Of a DNA stretch of 64,000 nt, positions 62,299 through 64,000 are shown in pieces. A program made the translations under genes and the position numbers. Source of the stretch: an uncultured delta proteobacterium. Lineage in GTDB: Bacteria; Desulfobacterota; Syntrophia; Syntrophales; UBA5619. The stretch is taken from assembly GCA_963817385.1 (NCBI GenBank), contig CAWFOM010000009.1, positions 32,001 through 96,000 of the forward strand. Direction: 5' to 3'. Numbering within the stretch: position 1 is the stretch's first letter; each line of letters opens with the position of its first letter. The notes under the pieces are model-generated. The model had not been told where the DNA came from, searched no databases, and saw nothing but the letters and a program-made list of their open reading frames with translations.

Positions 62299-62715
62299 AT
62301 GGGAGTCGAAATCGGTATCGCTTATGAGGGAGAGTTGCGCTGTCGCTGCGAACATGGACCTTCCCGCGTCGTTCTGGCCACCGACGCCCCGCTGGACAAC
62401 CAGGGCAGGGGGGAGAGCTTTTCACCCACCGATCTGGTCGCCACGGCCCTGGGCAGCTGCATGATGACCATCATGGGTATCGTGGCCCGGCGTAATCACT
62501 ATCCGATCGAAGGGACGACGGTCAGGGTCGTCAAGGAGATGGTCCAGGAGCCCGTTCGGAGGATCGGCAAGCTGTCGGTGGAATTTCATGTCAGGAACGG
62601 CAGCCGGTTGAGCGAGGCGGACCGAAAAAAACTCGAACAGGCGGCCTACACCTGCCCGGTTCATAAGAGCCTGCATCCGGATATCCAGATCCCCGTCATC
62701 TTTCACTGGGAATAA
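62299..62715 (+). CDS. OsmC-family protein
   Basis: TDAPLDNQG.GESFSPTDL...GSC, CPVHKSL. Confidence 0.9.
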   Translation: MGVEIGIAYEGELRCRCEHGPSRVVLATDAPLDNQGRGESFSPTDLVATALGSCMMTIMGIVARRNHYPIEGTTVRVVKEMVQEPVRRIGKLSVEFHVRNGSRLSEADRKKLEQAAYTCPVHKSLHPDIQIPVIFHWE

Positions 62716-62858
62716 CTGGTTCATCATCACGACGCCGCCGGCAACAATCACGGCCGACCAGCGTGCCCTTTGCCCGGTAACGCCTGATCGTGGTTATCGC
62801 GTCGATGATTCAAGATCGACTGAGCAGGTGCAGCCGCAGAGCGGTTTGCAAAAGACTC

Positions 62859-63833
62859 TTATGACATGACTCCCACCGCAAGATATCCAATGATCAGACA
62901 AACGAGCGTCAGCGCATGGACTTTTATTGTGGCAAGGTTCGCAGGAGCCATTTTCATCTTATCCATGTAATTTTCATTGAGTATTCGAAATGCATTGTAT
63001 GCAACGGGTAACGTGAGAAGCCCCAGGAGAACACTGAACGGGGTTATCACGAAGAAAACCGACAGGAGGATGACCGCGTAAGCGCAAACGAGCCCGGCAA
63101 CATATAATATCACGCCCGGCTTCCTTCCAAGACGGGCAACAAGGTTCAGCTTACCCGCCTGCCGATCCTCCTCATAATCGGGGATCTCGTTGATAACGAT
63201 CATGGACCACATGAGGAATCCGGGGACAAGTGAAATGACAAAAGGTTCCCAGTCAATCGATCTTGTCTGTACGTAGAATGCACCGAGGCAAATGACGGGA
63301 CCGAAATTGATGAGCAGGCTCAATTCGCCGAACCCCCGATAGCCGTACCGTACGGGCGGCATGGTATAAAAAACCGAAGAAAAAATGCCGATGGCAGCGA
63401 AGATCAGTATGGGCCAGCCGATCATTACGGTCAGGTAAACCGTTATCATTATCCCGATGAGATAACAAATAATCGATGCGGAGAGGACTTGGCCGGTGCG
63501 AAGAAGCCCCCCCGTCAGCACGCCGCTGCCCCCGGTATAGGGATTCTTCTCTTCGCCGGGTAAACGATCCACCGCGTGGCGATAATCGAAGACATCATCG
63601 ATCATATTCAGGCCCATATGGTGCACCGTCACGCCGATAATAACCAGGATAAAATACCAGAAATTGAATTCCCGAAATATCGCCCAGGCAATGACACTTC
63701 CCAGCAGGGCCGGAAAGATGCTGGTGGGTACGTAATGAAGCCGAAGCGCCTGAACCCATATCCCCACGATGCCCCGATGCTGTCCGTTTTTATTTACCAA
63801 TATCATCGTTAGCGGCATTGCAGGAGACCTCAC
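62859..63833 (-). CDS. UbiA-family prenyltransferase (MenA-like); start uncertain
   Basis: Multiple TM helices, DDVFD...VD, TGGSG, Y.GFGE, NEIPD.EEDR.AGK. Confidence 0.85.
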   Translation of the reverse strand: MRSPAMPLTMILVNKNGQHRGIVGIWVQALRLHYVPTSIFPALLGSVIAWAIFREFNFWYFILVIIGVTVHHMGLNMIDDVFDYRHAVDRLPGEEKNPYTGGSGVLTGGLLRTGQVLSASIICYLIGIMITVYLTVMIGWPILIFAAIGIFSSVFYTMPPVRYGYRGFGELSLLINFGPVICLGAFYVQTRSIDWEPFVISLVPGFLMWSMIVINEIPDYEEDRQAGKLNLVARLGRKPGVILYVAGLVCAYAVILLSVFFVITPFSVLLGLLTLPVAYNAFRILNENYMDKMKMAPANLATIKVHALTLVCLIIGYLAVGVMS

Positions 63834-64000
63834 CTTTCGATAATGTCGTTGTCGATGGAGAACAGAGAACGTCTTTCCGTTGGCCCGGATGTTATTTTTT
63901 CATTACACCGATAATGAACTATATCAAAGCTTGATCGCTGTTCCCAGTAAATACTGACGGGTTCCGGCGCTTTTTACCGCACAAGCCGCAGCATCGTTAT

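Overview
This is a high-GC bacterial chromosome segment, most likely Desulfobacterota/Syntrophales-like (inferred from gene content). From left to right: (1) ~1-9250 is an accessory sugar-acid catabolism region (dhaL/dhaK, IlvD-family dehydratase, idnO/idnD, SDR, DUF1537 kinase, gene relics) that ends at an orphan 3' fragment of comM. (2) ilvE, a DnaA-box cluster and lolA follow. (3) A glycogen operon encodes a debranching enzyme, GT4, GH57 and a GT3 synthase-GT35 phosphorylase fusion. (4) A MORN-repeat protein, an IS200/IS605-like miniature element and a Csd6/Csd4/RodZ-like envelope cluster come next. (5) Housekeeping genes include proA, nadD, panE, otnK, a queG-like gene, alkD-like, mug, uvrA, two PPIases, mfd and a frameshifted moeA. 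(6) tRNA-Sec (selC) carries a 4.7-kb integrase-less island bounded by a 68-bp direct repeat and filled with toxin-antitoxin and conflict-gene relics. (7) Two divergent paralogous secreted proteins follow, then mscL, a garR-like gene, OsmC and a UbiA/MenA-type prenyltransferase. The best novelty candidate is the gene at 58572-60215. It has an in-frame UGA right after its signal peptide, followed by a SECIS-like hairpin, so it may be a secreted selenoprotein with N-terminal Sec. Several +1 frameshifts may be assembly errors. All product calls come from motif recognition, not database searches.
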